A program made the translations under genes and the position numbers. Positions 30,413 through 40,789 of a stretch of DNA of 64,000 nucleotides are shown here, in pieces. The DNA comes from an uncultured Gemmatimonadaceae bacterium (GTDB taxonomy: Bacteria > Gemmatimonadota > Gemmatimonadetes > Gemmatimonadales > Gemmatimonadaceae), in contig CAWBOC010000005.1 in NCBI GenBank assembly GCA_963790305.1, positions 704,001-768,000 on the forward strand. Reading direction: 5' to 3'. The number at the start of each line of letters is the position of its first letter. Position 1 is the stretch's first letter. The notes beneath the pieces are model-generated. The model was not told the origin of the DNA and did not search any database. It was given only the letters and a program-made list of their open reading frames with translations.

Positions 30413-31524
30413 GTCCCCAGCGCCCACTCATCCAAGGAACTCTCCTCGTTGCCCTCACGCTGGCCGCGATGACGGGTTGTCGCCGCGATAACGAAGCGAG
30501 CGCAGAGGAGAACGCGACGCCGGTCATCGACGTCGGGGTGGAGAACATCGCGGTCGCCGAGCAGACGATGCTGCGCGTTGGGCCGCTGCTTTCGGGATCG
30601 CTGCAGGCAGCTCGCGAGGCGGATGTCCGCGCGGAGATCACCGGGACCGTCGTCCAGTCACTGGCCGACAACGGACAGGCTGTGCAGAAAGGACAGCTGC
30701 TCGCGCGCATCGACGATACGGCGATTCGCGATCAATGGCTCTCGGCGAGGTCGCTGGTGACGGCGGCGCAGAACGCGGCGAACGTGGCGCGTCGCGACGA
30801 GGAGCGGTCGAAACGACTCGCCGAAGCCGGCGCGATCGCCGAACGTGAGCTCGACGCCGCTCGTCAGGCGCGGATTGCCGCCGAGGCGCAGCTCGAGGAC
30901 GCCCGTGCGCGCCTCTCGCTCGCGCAGCGGCAGCTCGACAACACGCAGATCCGTGCTCCGTTCGCGGGACTGGTGAGCGAGCGTGCGGCGAGCGCCGGCG
31001 ATGTCATGCAGCCGGGGTCGCAGATGTTCACGATCGTGGACCCATCGAGCATGCGGCTGGAAGCATCGGTGCCCGCCGAGGCATTGACGGCGCTGCGCGT
31101 CGGCGATCCGGTGGAGTTCTCCGTCAACGCGTATCCGGATCGCACCTTCACCGGTCGTGTCGAGCGGATCAGTCCGGCCGCCGACCCGACCACCCGGCAG
31201 GTGCGCATCTACGTCGCGATTCCGAACGTCGGCGGCCGCCTCGTCGCGGGCTTGTTCGCGGAGGGTCGCGTGGCCACGGATGCGCGCAGCGCCGTGGTCG
31301 CGCCAGAGAACGCCGTGGACGTGCGCGGGATTCGCCCGACCGTGGTGCGAGTGAAGAACGGGCGGGCGGAGCGCGTGGAGGTCGTTCTCGGTCTGGAGGA
31401 CGACGCGAGCGAGCGCGTGGAGATCCGCAGTGGATTGGCGGCCGGTGACACGCTGCTGGTCGGGGCCGCGTTAGGCGTCACACCCGGATCGCAAGTGCGT
31501 GTGAAGCCAGTCAGCGATCAGTAG
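30409..31524 (+). CDS. RND efflux periplasmic adaptor subunit
   Basis: Lipobox MTGC, VQKGQLLARID, IRAPFAG, ISPAADPTTR. Confidence 0.93.
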   Translation: MSPQRPLIQGTLLVALTLAAMTGCRRDNEASAEENATPVIDVGVENIAVAEQTMLRVGPLLSGSLQAAREADVRAEITGTVVQSLADNGQAVQKGQLLARIDDTAIRDQWLSARSLVTAAQNAANVARRDEERSKRLAEAGAIAERELDAARQARIAAEAQLEDARARLSLAQRQLDNTQIRAPFAGLVSERAASAGDVMQPGSQMFTIVDPSSMRLEASVPAEALTALRVGDPVEFSVNAYPDRTFTGRVERISPAADPTTRQVRIYVAIPNVGGRLVAGLFAEGRVATDARSAVVAPENAVDVRGIRPTVVRVKNGRAERVEVVLGLEDDASERVEIRSGLAAGDTLLVGAALGVTPGSQVRVKPVSDQ

Positions 31525-31553
31525 GGCCGCGCACTCAACCGAACGAGTATCCC

Positions 31554-34500
31554 ATGGTCATTTCCGATTTTGCCATCAAGCGCCCCATCATCACCGTCGT
31601 CAGCATGCTGGCGCTGGCGATCTTCGGCATCTTCGCGCTGATGCGGTTGCAGACCGACGAGTTCCCCGATGTGGCACCGCCCGTCGTCACCGTTGGTCTG
31701 ATCTATCCTGGCGCATCGCCGGACGGCGTCGAGCGTGAAGTCCTCGATCCCGTGGAAGAGGCGATCTCCTCGATCTCCGGCGTGAAGAAGGTCTGGGGGA
31801 GAGCGGAGGACGGGTTCGGCAGCGTCGTCATCGAGTTCGAGTTCGCCAAGCCTCTGGCGGAAGCGACGCAGGACATTCGTGACGCCATTTCCGGCATCCG
31901 AGCCGATCTGCCGACGGAGCTGGAAGAGCCGATCATCCGGAAGTTCAACGACACGGACCTGCCGATCGTCTCGCTCGCGCTCTCGTCGACGTCGCTGACG
32001 CCGGCCGAGCTGACGCGCCTGGCGGATCCCGGGATCACGCGCCTGCTGCGATCGATCCCTGGCGTCGCCGAAGTTCAGGTCTCGGGAAACGTCGAGCGAG
32101 AGCTGACGGTGCAGATCAAGCCCGAGGCGCTGCAATCGGCGGGGATTGGCGTGTCGCAGGTGGTGCAAGCGCTCCAACTGCAGAATCTGGCGGCACCGGT
32201 GGGCCGGGTGACCGGTGAGCTCGAGGAGCGCTCGATCCGCCTCAAGGGCCGCCTGGAATCTCCAAGCGAGTTTGCTCAGCTGGTGGTCGCCGAGCGCAAC
32301 GGTCAGCTCATCCGTCTCGGCCAGGTCGCCGACGTCTTCGATGGAGTCGAAGAGCAACGTACGGCGGCGATCTACAATGGACGTGAAGCCGTTGGGATCG
32401 ACGTCAAGAAATCGAAGGGGTACAGCACGACGACCGTGGGCGATGAGATCCTCGAGCGGATAGACAGCCTCAAGGCGACGTTGCCGGCGGGAACGACGAT
32501 CGACGTGGTGAAGAACAGTGGCAACGAGGTGCGCAACTCCGTGCGCAACGTGCAGGAGGCGCTCATCGAGGGCGCGTTGCTGACCGTGCTCGTCGTTTTC
32601 CTGTTCCTCAATTCGTGGCGGTCGACGGTCATCACCGGCATCGCGCTGCCGATCTCGGTGCTCGCATCGTTCATCGCGGTGTGGGCGCTCGGATTCCGGC
32701 TGGAGACCATGTCGCTACTGGGTCTCTCGCTGGCCATCGGTATTCTGATCGACGACGCGATCGTGGTACGCGAGAACATCGTGCGACACGTCGAGATGGG
32801 GAAAGATCACTACACCGCGGCACGCGAGGGCACCGATGAGATCGGGCTCGCCGTTGCCGCGACGACGTTCTCGATCCTGGCGGTGTTCGTGCCGATCGCC
32901 TTCATGCCCGGCGTCGGCGGTCAATGGTTCAAGCCGTTCGCGCTCACGATCGCCGCCTCGGTGTTCGTCTCGCTCTTCGTGTCGTTCTCGCTCGATCCGA
33001 TGCTCTCGGCGTACTGGAAGGATCCGCACAAGGAAGAGCACGAGAAGGCGTGGATCACGAAGAAGCTGGACCGCTTCAACGCCTGGTTCAATCGCCGGTC
33101 GCAGGATTACAAGCACGTGATCGCGTGGGCGCTCGACCACCGTCTCCCGGTCGTCGTGATCGCGATCGGCACGTTGTTCGGGGCTTTCGTCCTGCCGGTG
33201 AAGGGGCTCAGCGGGTTGGCGGTCGTGCTATTGGCGCTCGCGGTCGCCGTCGTGGCACTGGTGCGTTTTCGGCCCTGGTATCTGAGACTGGCGAGCATCG
33301 TGGTCGCGATCGCGATCGCGGTGGTCGGCGTGCAGGCCGTGCCCGCGGCGCGGATCGTTGGCGTCGGCTTCTTTCCCGAGGACGACAACGCCGAGCTGAA
33401 CATCAAGGTCGAGACGCCGCCGGGATCGAACCTCGAGTACACGAGGCTCAAGGCCGAAGAGGCCGCGCGTCTCGCCCGCACGCATCCGGAGGTGCGTTAC
33501 ACCTACACCACGCTCGGCGGGGGCACGTCGGGCGCGGTCAATGTCGGCAACATCTACGTCAAGATGGTGCCGAAGGCCGACCGCGACATCAGCGCCGAGA
33601 AGTTCGCGGCGATGCTGCGCGCGGAGACCCAGCGCGTGTCCGGTGCGACGCTGGCCGTCTTCGCCACCGACTGGGCGGGCGGGATGAAGCAGCTGCAGAT
33701 CGAGGTCCGCGGAACCGACCCCGTCGCGGTGAACGCAGCGGCCGAGCGGGTGCTGGCGGAGGTCAAGCAGGTTCCGAACGCGGTGGATATCAGCCTGTCG
33801 AGCAAGGGACAGAAGCCCGAGCTCAACGTCGAGCTGCACCGCGGCGTCGCCGGATCGTTAGGTATCACGGTGGGCCAGGTCGCCCAGGCCTTGCGGCCGG
33901 CATTCGCCGGGATCGACGCCGGCGACTGGGAGGATCCAGGGGGCGAGGTACGGGACGTCGTCGTTCGGCTGGCGCCGGAAGCACGCCGTCGCGCGACGGA
34001 CCTGCGGCAGCTCCCGCTCGTTGTCACGGGGCCCAACGGCGAGCCGACGACGGTGCCGCTGGGGCAGGTGGCGGCCGTCGAGCAGAGCGTCGGGCCGGCG
34101 GTCATCAATCACCTCGATCGCGACCTGGTCGTCAACGTCGAGGCGAACGTCTCCGGCCGGTCGACCGGCGAAGTCATCAACGACATCACCGCACGGATCG
34201 CGACGATTCAGCTTCCCCCAGGGGTGCGGATCACGCAGGGTGGCGACGCGCAACAGCAGGCCGAGGTGTTCGGCGATATCTTCTTCGCCCTCGGCGTCGC
34301 GTTGCTGTTGATGTATCTGATTCTCGTGATGCAGTTCGGCTCGTTCCTGGATCCGCTCGCCATCATGCTGTCGCTGCCGCTGTCGCTCATCGGCGTAATG
34401 CTGGCGCTCGCGATCTCGGGCGGGACGATCAACATCATGAGCCTCATCGGCGTCATTCTGCTGGCGGGCATCGTGGCGAAGAACGCGATTCTGCTGATCG

Positions 34501-34841
34501 ATTTCGCGAAGTGGGCGCGTGAGCGGCGTGGGTTGCCGTTGCGCGAGGCGCTGATCGAGGCGGGCGCGATCCGCTTGCGCCCGATTCTCATGACGACCTT
34601 CGCACTCATCGCGGGCATGATCCCGGTGGCGCTGGGCCGCGGCGAGGGAGCGCAGTTCCGCGCGCCGCTCGGAATGGCGGTGATCGGGGGCGTAATCACG
34701 TCGACGCTGCTGACCCTGATCGCGATCCCGACCTTCTACGAGATTCTCGACGAGTGGCGCCAGTCGATCGCGCGAGTGTTCGGCTTCACGCCGAAGCAAA
34801 TGACGGCGGAGATGCCGATCCCGGAGCCAGCCGGGGACTAG
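31554..34841 (+). CDS. RND efflux permease (AcrB/MdtC family)
   Basis: ISDFAIKRP, GILIDDAIVVRENI, KNAILLIDF, RLRPILMTT. Confidence 0.95.
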   Translation: MVISDFAIKRPIITVVSMLALAIFGIFALMRLQTDEFPDVAPPVVTVGLIYPGASPDGVEREVLDPVEEAISSISGVKKVWGRAEDGFGSVVIEFEFAKPLAEATQDIRDAISGIRADLPTELEEPIIRKFNDTDLPIVSLALSSTSLTPAELTRLADPGITRLLRSIPGVAEVQVSGNVERELTVQIKPEALQSAGIGVSQVVQALQLQNLAAPVGRVTGELEERSIRLKGRLESPSEFAQLVVAERNGQLIRLGQVADVFDGVEEQRTAAIYNGREAVGIDVKKSKGYSTTTVGDEILERIDSLKATLPAGTTIDVVKNSGNEVRNSVRNVQEALIEGALLTVLVVFLFLNSWRSTVITGIALPISVLASFIAVWALGFRLETMSLLGLSLAIGILIDDAIVVRENIVRHVEMGKDHYTAAREGTDEIGLAVAATTFSILAVFVPIAFMPGVGGQWFKPFALTIAASVFVSLFVSFSLDPMLSAYWKDPHKEEHEKAWITKKLDRFNAWFNRRSQDYKHVIAWALDHRLPVVVIAIGTLFGAFVLPVKGLSGLAVVLLALAVAVVALVRFRPWYLRLASIVVAIAIAVVGVQAVPAARIVGVGFFPEDDNAELNIKVETPPGSNLEYTRLKAEEAARLARTHPEVRYTYTTLGGGTSGAVNVGNIYVKMVPKADRDISAEKFAAMLRAETQRVSGATLAVFATDWAGGMKQLQIEVRGTDPVAVNAAAERVLAEVKQVPNAVDISLSSKGQKPELNVELHRGVAGSLGITVGQVAQALRPAFAGIDAGDWEDPGGEVRDVVVRLAPEARRRATDLRQLPLVVTGPNGEPTTVPLGQVAAVEQSVGPAVINHLDRDLVVNVEANVSGRSTGEVINDITARIATIQLPPGVRITQGGDAQQQAEVFGDIFFALGVALLLMYLILVMQFGSFLDPLAIMLSLPLSLIGVMLALAISGGTINIMSLIGVILLAGIVAKNAILLIDFAKWARERRGLPLREALIEAGAIRLRPILMTTFALIAGMIPVALGRGEGAQFRAPLGMAVIGGVITSTLLTLIAIPTFYEILDEWRQSIARVFGFTPKQMTAEMPIPEPAGD

Positions 34842-34843
34842 AG

Positions 34844-34897
34844 CGAATACGGAATGCGGAATGCGGATTCAAGTGTCAGGTCCGCATTCCGCATTCG
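34844..34897. repeat. Inverted GGAATGC heptamer hairpin between convergent genes
   Basis: cgaatacggaatgcggaatgcgga ... tccgcattccgcattcg. Confidence 0.85.
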
Positions 34898-34898
34898 T

Positions 34899-36530
34899 TC
34901 ATTGTTTCTTGAATCGCAAGTCGCGAACGCGACCGAGAAAAAGGCTCATCTCCGTCACCTTGCCGGCGTCGTCGCGTATGAAGCGGACGATGTCGCCCGT
35001 GGGCACCTCGAACACATCGCGATAGGCGGGGCGCAGCTCGAACGACACCGTCGGGCGCTGTCGCAGATGGAGCTTTCCCTCCTGCTGGGCGATGGTGAAC
35101 GTCGTCGCTGCCTCATCGCTGACGTACGTCCCGGCAAATGCTCGCAGATCGTCGGGTCCCGGCGCGTAGGCTTCGACGGGGAGGAAAAGCAGCGTGTCTC
35201 CGTCCTCCTGAAGCAGTCGCATCGCCCTCGTGCGCCCATCCGGAGCGAGCTCGAAAACGGCCTGTCCACCGTTGGCGTTGCGAAACACGGTCGCGGAGAT
35301 CGGCACCGCCTCCGTGCCACCTTCATCGACGAGCTTGCCATCTCGCACCGAGATCCGCAGCGGCTGCCCGGTGACGGCGTTGCGGTAGAGTCCTGCACGC
35401 GCGTTCAGCACGGCCGGCGCGAGCGTCACCGCGGTGGGTGCGGCGGGGTCCGTCGCCGCCGACCCGAGGTAGAGATCCGCGACCCGGTGCGCCAGCGTGG
35501 CGGCGGGCGCGCCACCGTGATTGCACAGCACGGCGATCGCGAGGCCGTGCTCGGGATATCGCGTAAGAAACGCGCGATATCCCGCCGTCGCGCCACTGTG
35601 GCTCACCTCGGCGACGCCGCGATACCTCGAGACCGAGAGCCCGGCGGCGTATTCGATCTCGCGCCCACTCGTCAGGCGGCCCGGCCGAACCTGCTCGCGC
35701 AACAGCGTCGGTCCGCCGACCTGCCCGCGGTCGAAGTTCGCGCTCCAGCGCAGGAGGTCCTCGACGGTCGTCAGCAGGCCGCCGTTACCGTGGACGTTCT
35801 CGAACGGCATGTTGAGGCGGAAGCCGTTCCGCGTCGGTGCGTAGGCCGTGGCGCGTCCTTTCACGACGCGGGTGTAGTCATCCCTCCATGAGGTGCGCGT
35901 CATGCCGAGGGGCTCGAAGATCTCGGTGCGCGTGAAGTCGGCGAAGGGGCGGCCGCTCACGCGCTGCACGATGATCGCGAGCAGGTTGTAGCCGGTGTTG
36001 CTGTAGAGGTATTCGCTGCCTGGAGGGAAGTTCAGCGAGCGCTGTCGCGTGACGATGTCGAGGACATGGTCGTGCGTGTGCACGCGAGAGCCGCGTGGCC
36101 ACCCCTCGACCGCCGCCACCGTGCCCCAGTCACGCAGCCCGCTCGTGTGATTGAGCATGTGACGAATCGTGAGCGGCGCCCCGTAGTTGGGCAGCTCCGG
36201 AATGTGCTTTCGCACCTGATCATCGACGGACAGCTTGCCCTGCTGCGCGAGCAGCAGGATGGCGGCGGCGGTGAACTGCTTCGCCACCGAGCCCGCCTCG
36301 ATGATCGATTCCGGCGTGAGTGGCACGTCATACTCCAGGTTCGACATGCCATAGGCTTTTGCCAGAACGGTCCGGCCGTGTCGCGATGCCCCGATGGCGC
36401 ATCCGGGGGTCGTGGCGGTGAATCGCGAGAAGACGCTGTCGACCCGCGCCACGGTATCCTGCCGCGGCGGGGTTTGCGCCTGCGCGACGTGACCGGTGAC
36501 GAGAAGCGTTATGAGGAGGCAAAGGCGCAT
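34899..36530 (-). CDS. Serine hydrolase, beta-lactamase (AmpC/CubicO-like) family, with C-terminal extension
   Basis: SVAK (SxxK), LNHTSG, YSNTGY, HSG motifs; signal peptide. Confidence 0.9.
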   Translation of the reverse strand: MRLCLLITLLVTGHVAQAQTPPRQDTVARVDSVFSRFTATTPGCAIGASRHGRTVLAKAYGMSNLEYDVPLTPESIIEAGSVAKQFTAAAILLLAQQGKLSVDDQVRKHIPELPNYGAPLTIRHMLNHTSGLRDWGTVAAVEGWPRGSRVHTHDHVLDIVTRQRSLNFPPGSEYLYSNTGYNLLAIIVQRVSGRPFADFTRTEIFEPLGMTRTSWRDDYTRVVKGRATAYAPTRNGFRLNMPFENVHGNGGLLTTVEDLLRWSANFDRGQVGGPTLLREQVRPGRLTSGREIEYAAGLSVSRYRGVAEVSHSGATAGYRAFLTRYPEHGLAIAVLCNHGGAPAATLAHRVADLYLGSAATDPAAPTAVTLAPAVLNARAGLYRNAVTGQPLRISVRDGKLVDEGGTEAVPISATVFRNANGGQAVFELAPDGRTRAMRLLQEDGDTLLFLPVEAYAPGPDDLRAFAGTYVSDEAATTFTIAQQEGKLHLRQRPTVSFELRPAYRDVFEVPTGDIVRFIRDDAGKVTEMSLFLGRVRDLRFKKQ

Positions 36531-36537
36531 AACGACT

Positions 36538-37607
36538 CTACTCGATGATGACCTTGGTGATGCGGCCGGTGGGGCCGACCGCCCAGCCCGCGCGCCCGCT
36601 CCGCGAGAATCCCACGCTCCAGTACGCGAGCGTATCGAGCCGGTTCCAGGAAGTCGCGTCGTCGGTGGACCAGTCCATTCCCCCTGGCCCCACCGCAATC
36701 AGCGCCGGTGTCCGCGGGACGTACGCAACGCCATACACCGGCCCCGCCATCGCCGGACGTCCCCCCAGCGTCCACGTGCGGCCCCCGTCGCCGCTGACCG
36801 CCACCCAATCGCCGCGCTCGTTAGGTCTTCCGACGGGACCGCCCATGGCGACGCCGTGCAACGTGTCGCGGAAGGCAATCGTCGCCGCACCCGCACCCTC
36901 GCCGGCTGACAGCGGCGTCAAGAACACGCTCCAGCTTCGCCCGTAGTCGGCCGTGTAGAGAATGCGGGACTCCGAGGGTGCATTGCCGGTGGGGATCCAG
37001 GCGCGGCCGCGTGGGCCGGTGATCACGCAGGTGCCGCTGGCGGCGAATGCGCCCTCTCCAGCCCGTGCTGGTGGGAGGGCATCGTCAGGCACGCGTGTCC
37101 AGGTACGCCCGCCGTCGCTCGTCGTCAGAATGTAGAAGCGCCCGTCCACCGCATCGCTGAAGGCGAGCCCGCGACGCGAGTCCCAGAAGTCGAGGCAATC
37201 AAAGAACCCACGGGGCTCCGCGTTGCGGAACTGCAGTGTCCACGACTGACCGCCGTTGCTCGTGTGGTAGATGCGTGAGCGATCACCATCGCCGGCCGCG
37301 AGCAGCCACGCGGTGCGCTCGTCGAGCGCGTAGACGTCGCGAAACTGAAGCGAATCAGCCTCGGGGACGACCGCCGAGCGCCAACTCTCCCCCCGTCGGT
37401 TGTGATCGCATACGTGCCGCGATGCCCACTCACCCACGCCACTCGCGCGGTCGGCGCACTCACCGCCTGAAGGAGCACGGTCGTTCCGCTGCGCTGCGCG
37501 GCGAGCACGGGTGGGCTGGTTGGCGCGCGGTCGAGCTCTGGCCCCGCCGAGCGGAAGCACGCCGCGACAAGGATCAGCGCTGGAATGCGGAGCAGTGTGG
37601 TATTCAC
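36538..37607 (-). CDS. BNR/Asp-box repeat (Ycf48-like) beta-propeller protein; frameshift near 37390
   Basis: Repeated T/S-x-DGG-x-(S/T)W motifs; AFAASGT. Confidence 0.85.
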
Positions 37608-37629
37608 CGTTTGGGAGTCGGGGTTACCT

Positions 37630-38195
37630 GCATCCAGGTTCAAAGTTGGGACGCGGATTGCGCGGATTCAGCGGATGACGCTGATGGATCAGTGAACGAT
37701 TTGCAATCGGCTCGCAATAACTTGGTGATTTGCCATTGCCCGATCTGAGTATCGTCTCGCATGACGAAAATCCAACTGCTTGAGGAACGGCTCACGCGGT
37801 CCGTTATTGGCGCCTTCTACGAGGTGGACAACACTCTTGGTTTTCGGCTTTCTCGAGCACGTCTATATCATGGCTCTCGAGCGCGAGCTACTCGAACGCG
37901 GGCATCGCGTAGCGCGTGAGGTGAGTACCCATGTGACGTACAAGGGACATGTCCTCGCTGTGCAACGAATCGATATGATCGTCGATGAGCGGCTCATCGT
38001 TGAGACGAAAGCGACATTCGAGACTCCGAAGGCAGCTCACCGGCAGCTCCTCAACTATCTCCGGGCGACGAACCTCGAAGTTGGCCTCTTGCTGCATTTT
38101 GGACTGGAGGCGCAATTCCATCGAGTCATTTCTACGAACAAGCGCAGTATTCCGCATGATCCCCTGAATCAGCGTTTCGTTTAAACCTGGATGCC
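37630..38195 (+). mobile_element. Putative autonomous element: repeat arm + GxxExxY gene + degenerate repeat arm
   Basis: Left GCATCCAGGTTCAAAGTTGGGACGCGGATT; right tccgcatgatcccctgaatcagcgt...tttaaacctggatgcc; visibly lower GC than flanks. Confidence 0.65.
37761..38184 (+). CDS. GxxExxY protein (PD-(D/E)XK nuclease-like); frameshift near 37842
   Basis: MTKIQLLEERLTRSVIGAFYEVDNTLG[F]GFLEHVY...RIDMIVDERLIVETK...QLLNYLRAT...GLLLHFG. Confidence 0.92.
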
Positions 38196-38215
38196 TTCGG
38201 CTGTCCGGCGGGCGA

Positions 38216-38414
38216 GCATCCAGGTTCAAAGGTGGGACGCGGATTACGCGGATCTAGCGGATCGCGCCGATTGTTCCTGGCGCATTGAGCACTCCTCTAC
38301 AGCCAAAAAAAACAAGCTCTTTGTCTCGCGCGTGGAAAGCTCTCGTCGGCAGGAGTTATTCGCGTAATCAGCTAAATCCGCGAAATCCGTGTCCCAACTT
38401 TGAACCTGGATGCC
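38216..38414. mobile_element. About 200-bp palindromic MITE/REPIN-like element (gene-less copy 2)
   Basis: GCATCCAGGTTCAAAGGTGGGACGCGGATT...AATCCGTGTCCCAACTTTGAACCTGGATGCC; interior (CTCCTCTACAG) alignable with 2557-2756. Confidence 0.8.
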
Positions 38415-38489
38415 AGAATGCCGACCAGCTCGTTGGAAGATGATGCCGACCATACCACAGAACGTCCAGAAACAACGCGCCCGGACTAG

Positions 38490-38726
38490 CTAATCAGCGC
38501 GCGGGGGACGGGTCTGGCGGTTCACCTCAGCCTCGAGGGTGCGCGCGGCGTTTTGCGCGCGGAGGCTGGCCTCGCGGAGCCGCTCCACGGCCACCGCCAA
38601 TCGCTCGAAGGCGACGCGTGCCCGCAACAGCGAGTCGCGCGCCGACAACAGGTCGGCGACCGTTGTGCGCACGTTCGGCGCAAGGAGGGCGTCTACGTCC
38701 TCGGGACGGAGCGGCTCGGTGGGCAT
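38490..38726 (-). CDS. Small hypothetical coiled-coil protein
   Basis: 78-aa ATG ORF downstream of ABC operon, heptad-like pattern. Confidence 0.5.
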   Translation of the reverse strand: MPTEPLRPEDVDALLAPNVRTTVADLLSARDSLLRARVAFERLAVAVERLREASLRAQNAARTLEAEVNRQTRPPRAD

Positions 38727-38771
38727 CGAGGTCAGTGGTCGTGCAACGATCGTGCGCGAACGGGGATCGCG

Positions 38772-39860
38772 CTAGCGCCAGCGGAACAGCGCCAGGGCCG
38801 CCGTGAACCCCACCACTAGCCACGCGCCGAGGATCCCGAGCTCTCCCGCCAGCACGCCCAGCGAGGCCCCTTCCAGCAGCGTCGCGCGGAGCGCATCGGC
38901 GGCGGCCGTGAGCGGAAGCGCCTGAATGAATGGCTGCGCCGCATCCGGGAAATTGGACGCCGAGAAAAAAACGCCGGAGAAGATCCACATCGGGAGCATC
39001 ACCAGATTCATCAATCCCGACGCGCCCTCCATCGTGCGCACGCGCGATGCGACCAGGAGACCGATCGCGCTGAAGGCGAGTGCCGAGATCAACGTCACCG
39101 CGATCAGCGTCCCGGGAGACCCTCGCGCCGGAACACCGAACACCCAAATGCCGAAGCCGAGCAAGCCGCCGACCTCCAGCACCAGCATCGCGAGTCGCGC
39201 CAGAATGAACGAGGCGAGGTATTGCGAGCGCGACATCGGCGTCGCCACGAGACGCTTGAGCAGTTTCTTCCGCCGCGACTCGACGATCGTAAAGCCCACT
39301 CCCCAAATGCCGCTGCCCATCAGGTTCATCGCCAACAGTCCCGGAATCACGAAGTCAATGTATCGCGCGCCTGGCTCGCGCACGTGCCGATCCCGCACCG
39401 TCGCGACATCCTGACGTCCGCCCGCACGTTGTATCGCGTCGTCGACGAGCAGGCGGGCGTTCTGCGCGTCGGGACGCGTGTCGTCGTACCGATACTCGAC
39501 CGTTCGGCCCGCGCGTGGAACCACGAACAGGGCAATGCGCCCGGTCCGCAACGCGTGCATTCCCGCGCTATCATCGAGCGGAACGACGTCGAGCCGGGCA
39601 TCACGCGCCACGGCATCGCTGATCACGCCCGCATGCTCGTCCGACACGAGCACGCCGACCTTCACGACTTCCGGTGCGCGCTGACGAAAGGCGATCCCGA
39701 GCCCCGCCGCGAGCAAGATGGGAAAAATGAAAACCCAGAACACCGCCTCCGGCTCGCGCCAGAACTCCAGGAAGCGCACCATGACGAGCTGGGCGAGCGG
39801 ATGCTCCCGCAGCCCGCTCCGCCGCCGGACGATGGGTGTGGCCGATGCCGGTGCGCTCAT
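38772..39860 (-). CDS. ABC-2 type transporter permease
   Basis: REPEAVFWVFIFP, YIDFVIPGL, LKRLVATP, FSGVFF, LPLT. Confidence 0.92.
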   Translation of the reverse strand: MSAPASATPIVRRRSGLREHPLAQLVMVRFLEFWREPEAVFWVFIFPILLAAGLGIAFRQRAPEVVKVGVLVSDEHAGVISDAVARDARLDVVPLDDSAGMHALRTGRIALFVVPRAGRTVEYRYDDTRPDAQNARLLVDDAIQRAGGRQDVATVRDRHVREPGARYIDFVIPGLLAMNLMGSGIWGVGFTIVESRRKKLLKRLVATPMSRSQYLASFILARLAMLVLEVGGLLGFGIWVFGVPARGSPGTLIAVTLISALAFSAIGLLVASRVRTMEGASGLMNLVMLPMWIFSGVFFSASNFPDAAQPFIQALPLTAAADALRATLLEGASLGVLAGELGILGAWLVVGFTAALALFRWR

Positions 39861-40789
39861 GCCCCCTCGCGCAGATGCCGGCCCGTGAGCGACACGAACA
39901 CATCCTCGAGCGTCGCGGAGTGCGTGCGGAGCTCAGCCAACGTCGCGCCCCGGCGCTCGACTTCGGCGAGGATCGCCGGGAGCGCCACGTGCAGCTCCGC
40001 CACCGTCAGCGACCAGGAGCCATTGTCACCCCGGACGCTGCGCACCCCTTCGAGGCGCGACAGCATGTCGGCGCCGAATGCTCCAGCGCCACCTAACGCG
40101 AATTCGACCACGTGGTCGGCGCCGAGTGACTGGACCAGCGCGCGCGGGGTGCCGAGGGCGATGGCTCGCCCATGATCGACGATGGCGACGCGGTCGCACA
40201 GCCGCTCCGCTTCTTCCATGTAATGAGTCGTCAGCACGATGGTGCGCCCTCCGGCGCGAAGCTCACCGATGAGCTCCCACAGCTGGCGGCGAGCCTGCGG
40301 ATCGAGCCCGGTGGTGGGCTCGTCGAGAAAGAGGAGCTGCGGGTCGCCGACGAGCGCGCACGCGAGTGCGAGCCGTTGCTTTTGTCCCCCGGAGAGCGAC
40401 CCCACCCGCGCGCGCGTTTTTTCCTCGAGCTGCACGAGCGCGATGACCTCTTCGAGCTCACGACCTCGATCGTAGAAGCTTCGAAAGAGGCGCACCGTCT
40501 CCCGGACGGTGAGCTTCTCGCCGAGCTGCGTCTCCTGAAGCTGAATGCCAAGCAGCTGACGAAGCTCGCGCTCATCCGACGACCAGCGTCGCCCCAACAC
40601 CTCGACTTCGCCCGACGTCGGCTCGAGCAGTCCCTCGCAGATCTCGATCGTCGTGGTCTTCCCCGCGCCGTTCGGCCCGAGCAGCCCAAAGCACTCGCCC
40701 GGTCGCACCTCGAGATCGAGCGCTTCCACCGCCACGACATCGCCATAGCGCTTGTGGAGCTGGCGAACGGCGAGGGCGGGCGTCGTCAA
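39857..40789 (-). CDS. ABC transporter ATP-binding protein
   Basis: GPNGAGKTT, LSGGQ, LFLDEPTTGLDP, TTHYMEEAE. Confidence 0.95.
   Translation of the reverse strand: MTTPALAVRQLHKRYGDVVAVEALDLEVRPGECFGLLGPNGAGKTTTIEICEGLLEPTSGEVEVLGRRWSSDERELRQLLGIQLQETQLGEKLTVRETVRLFRSFYDRGRELEEVIALVQLEEKTRARVGSLSGGQKQRLALACALVGDPQLLFLDEPTTGLDPQARRQLWELIGELRAGGRTIVLTTHYMEEAERLCDRVAIVDHGRAIALGTPRALVQSLGADHVVEFALGGAGAFGADMLSRLEGVRSVRGDNGSWSLTVAELHVALPAILAEVERRGATLAELRTHSATLEDVFVSLTGRHLREGA

Noticed and set aside
37630..38414. CRISPR array suggested by the recurring ~30-bp repeat
   Set aside because: Repeats alternate in orientation, spacing is irregular, and no cas genes are present.
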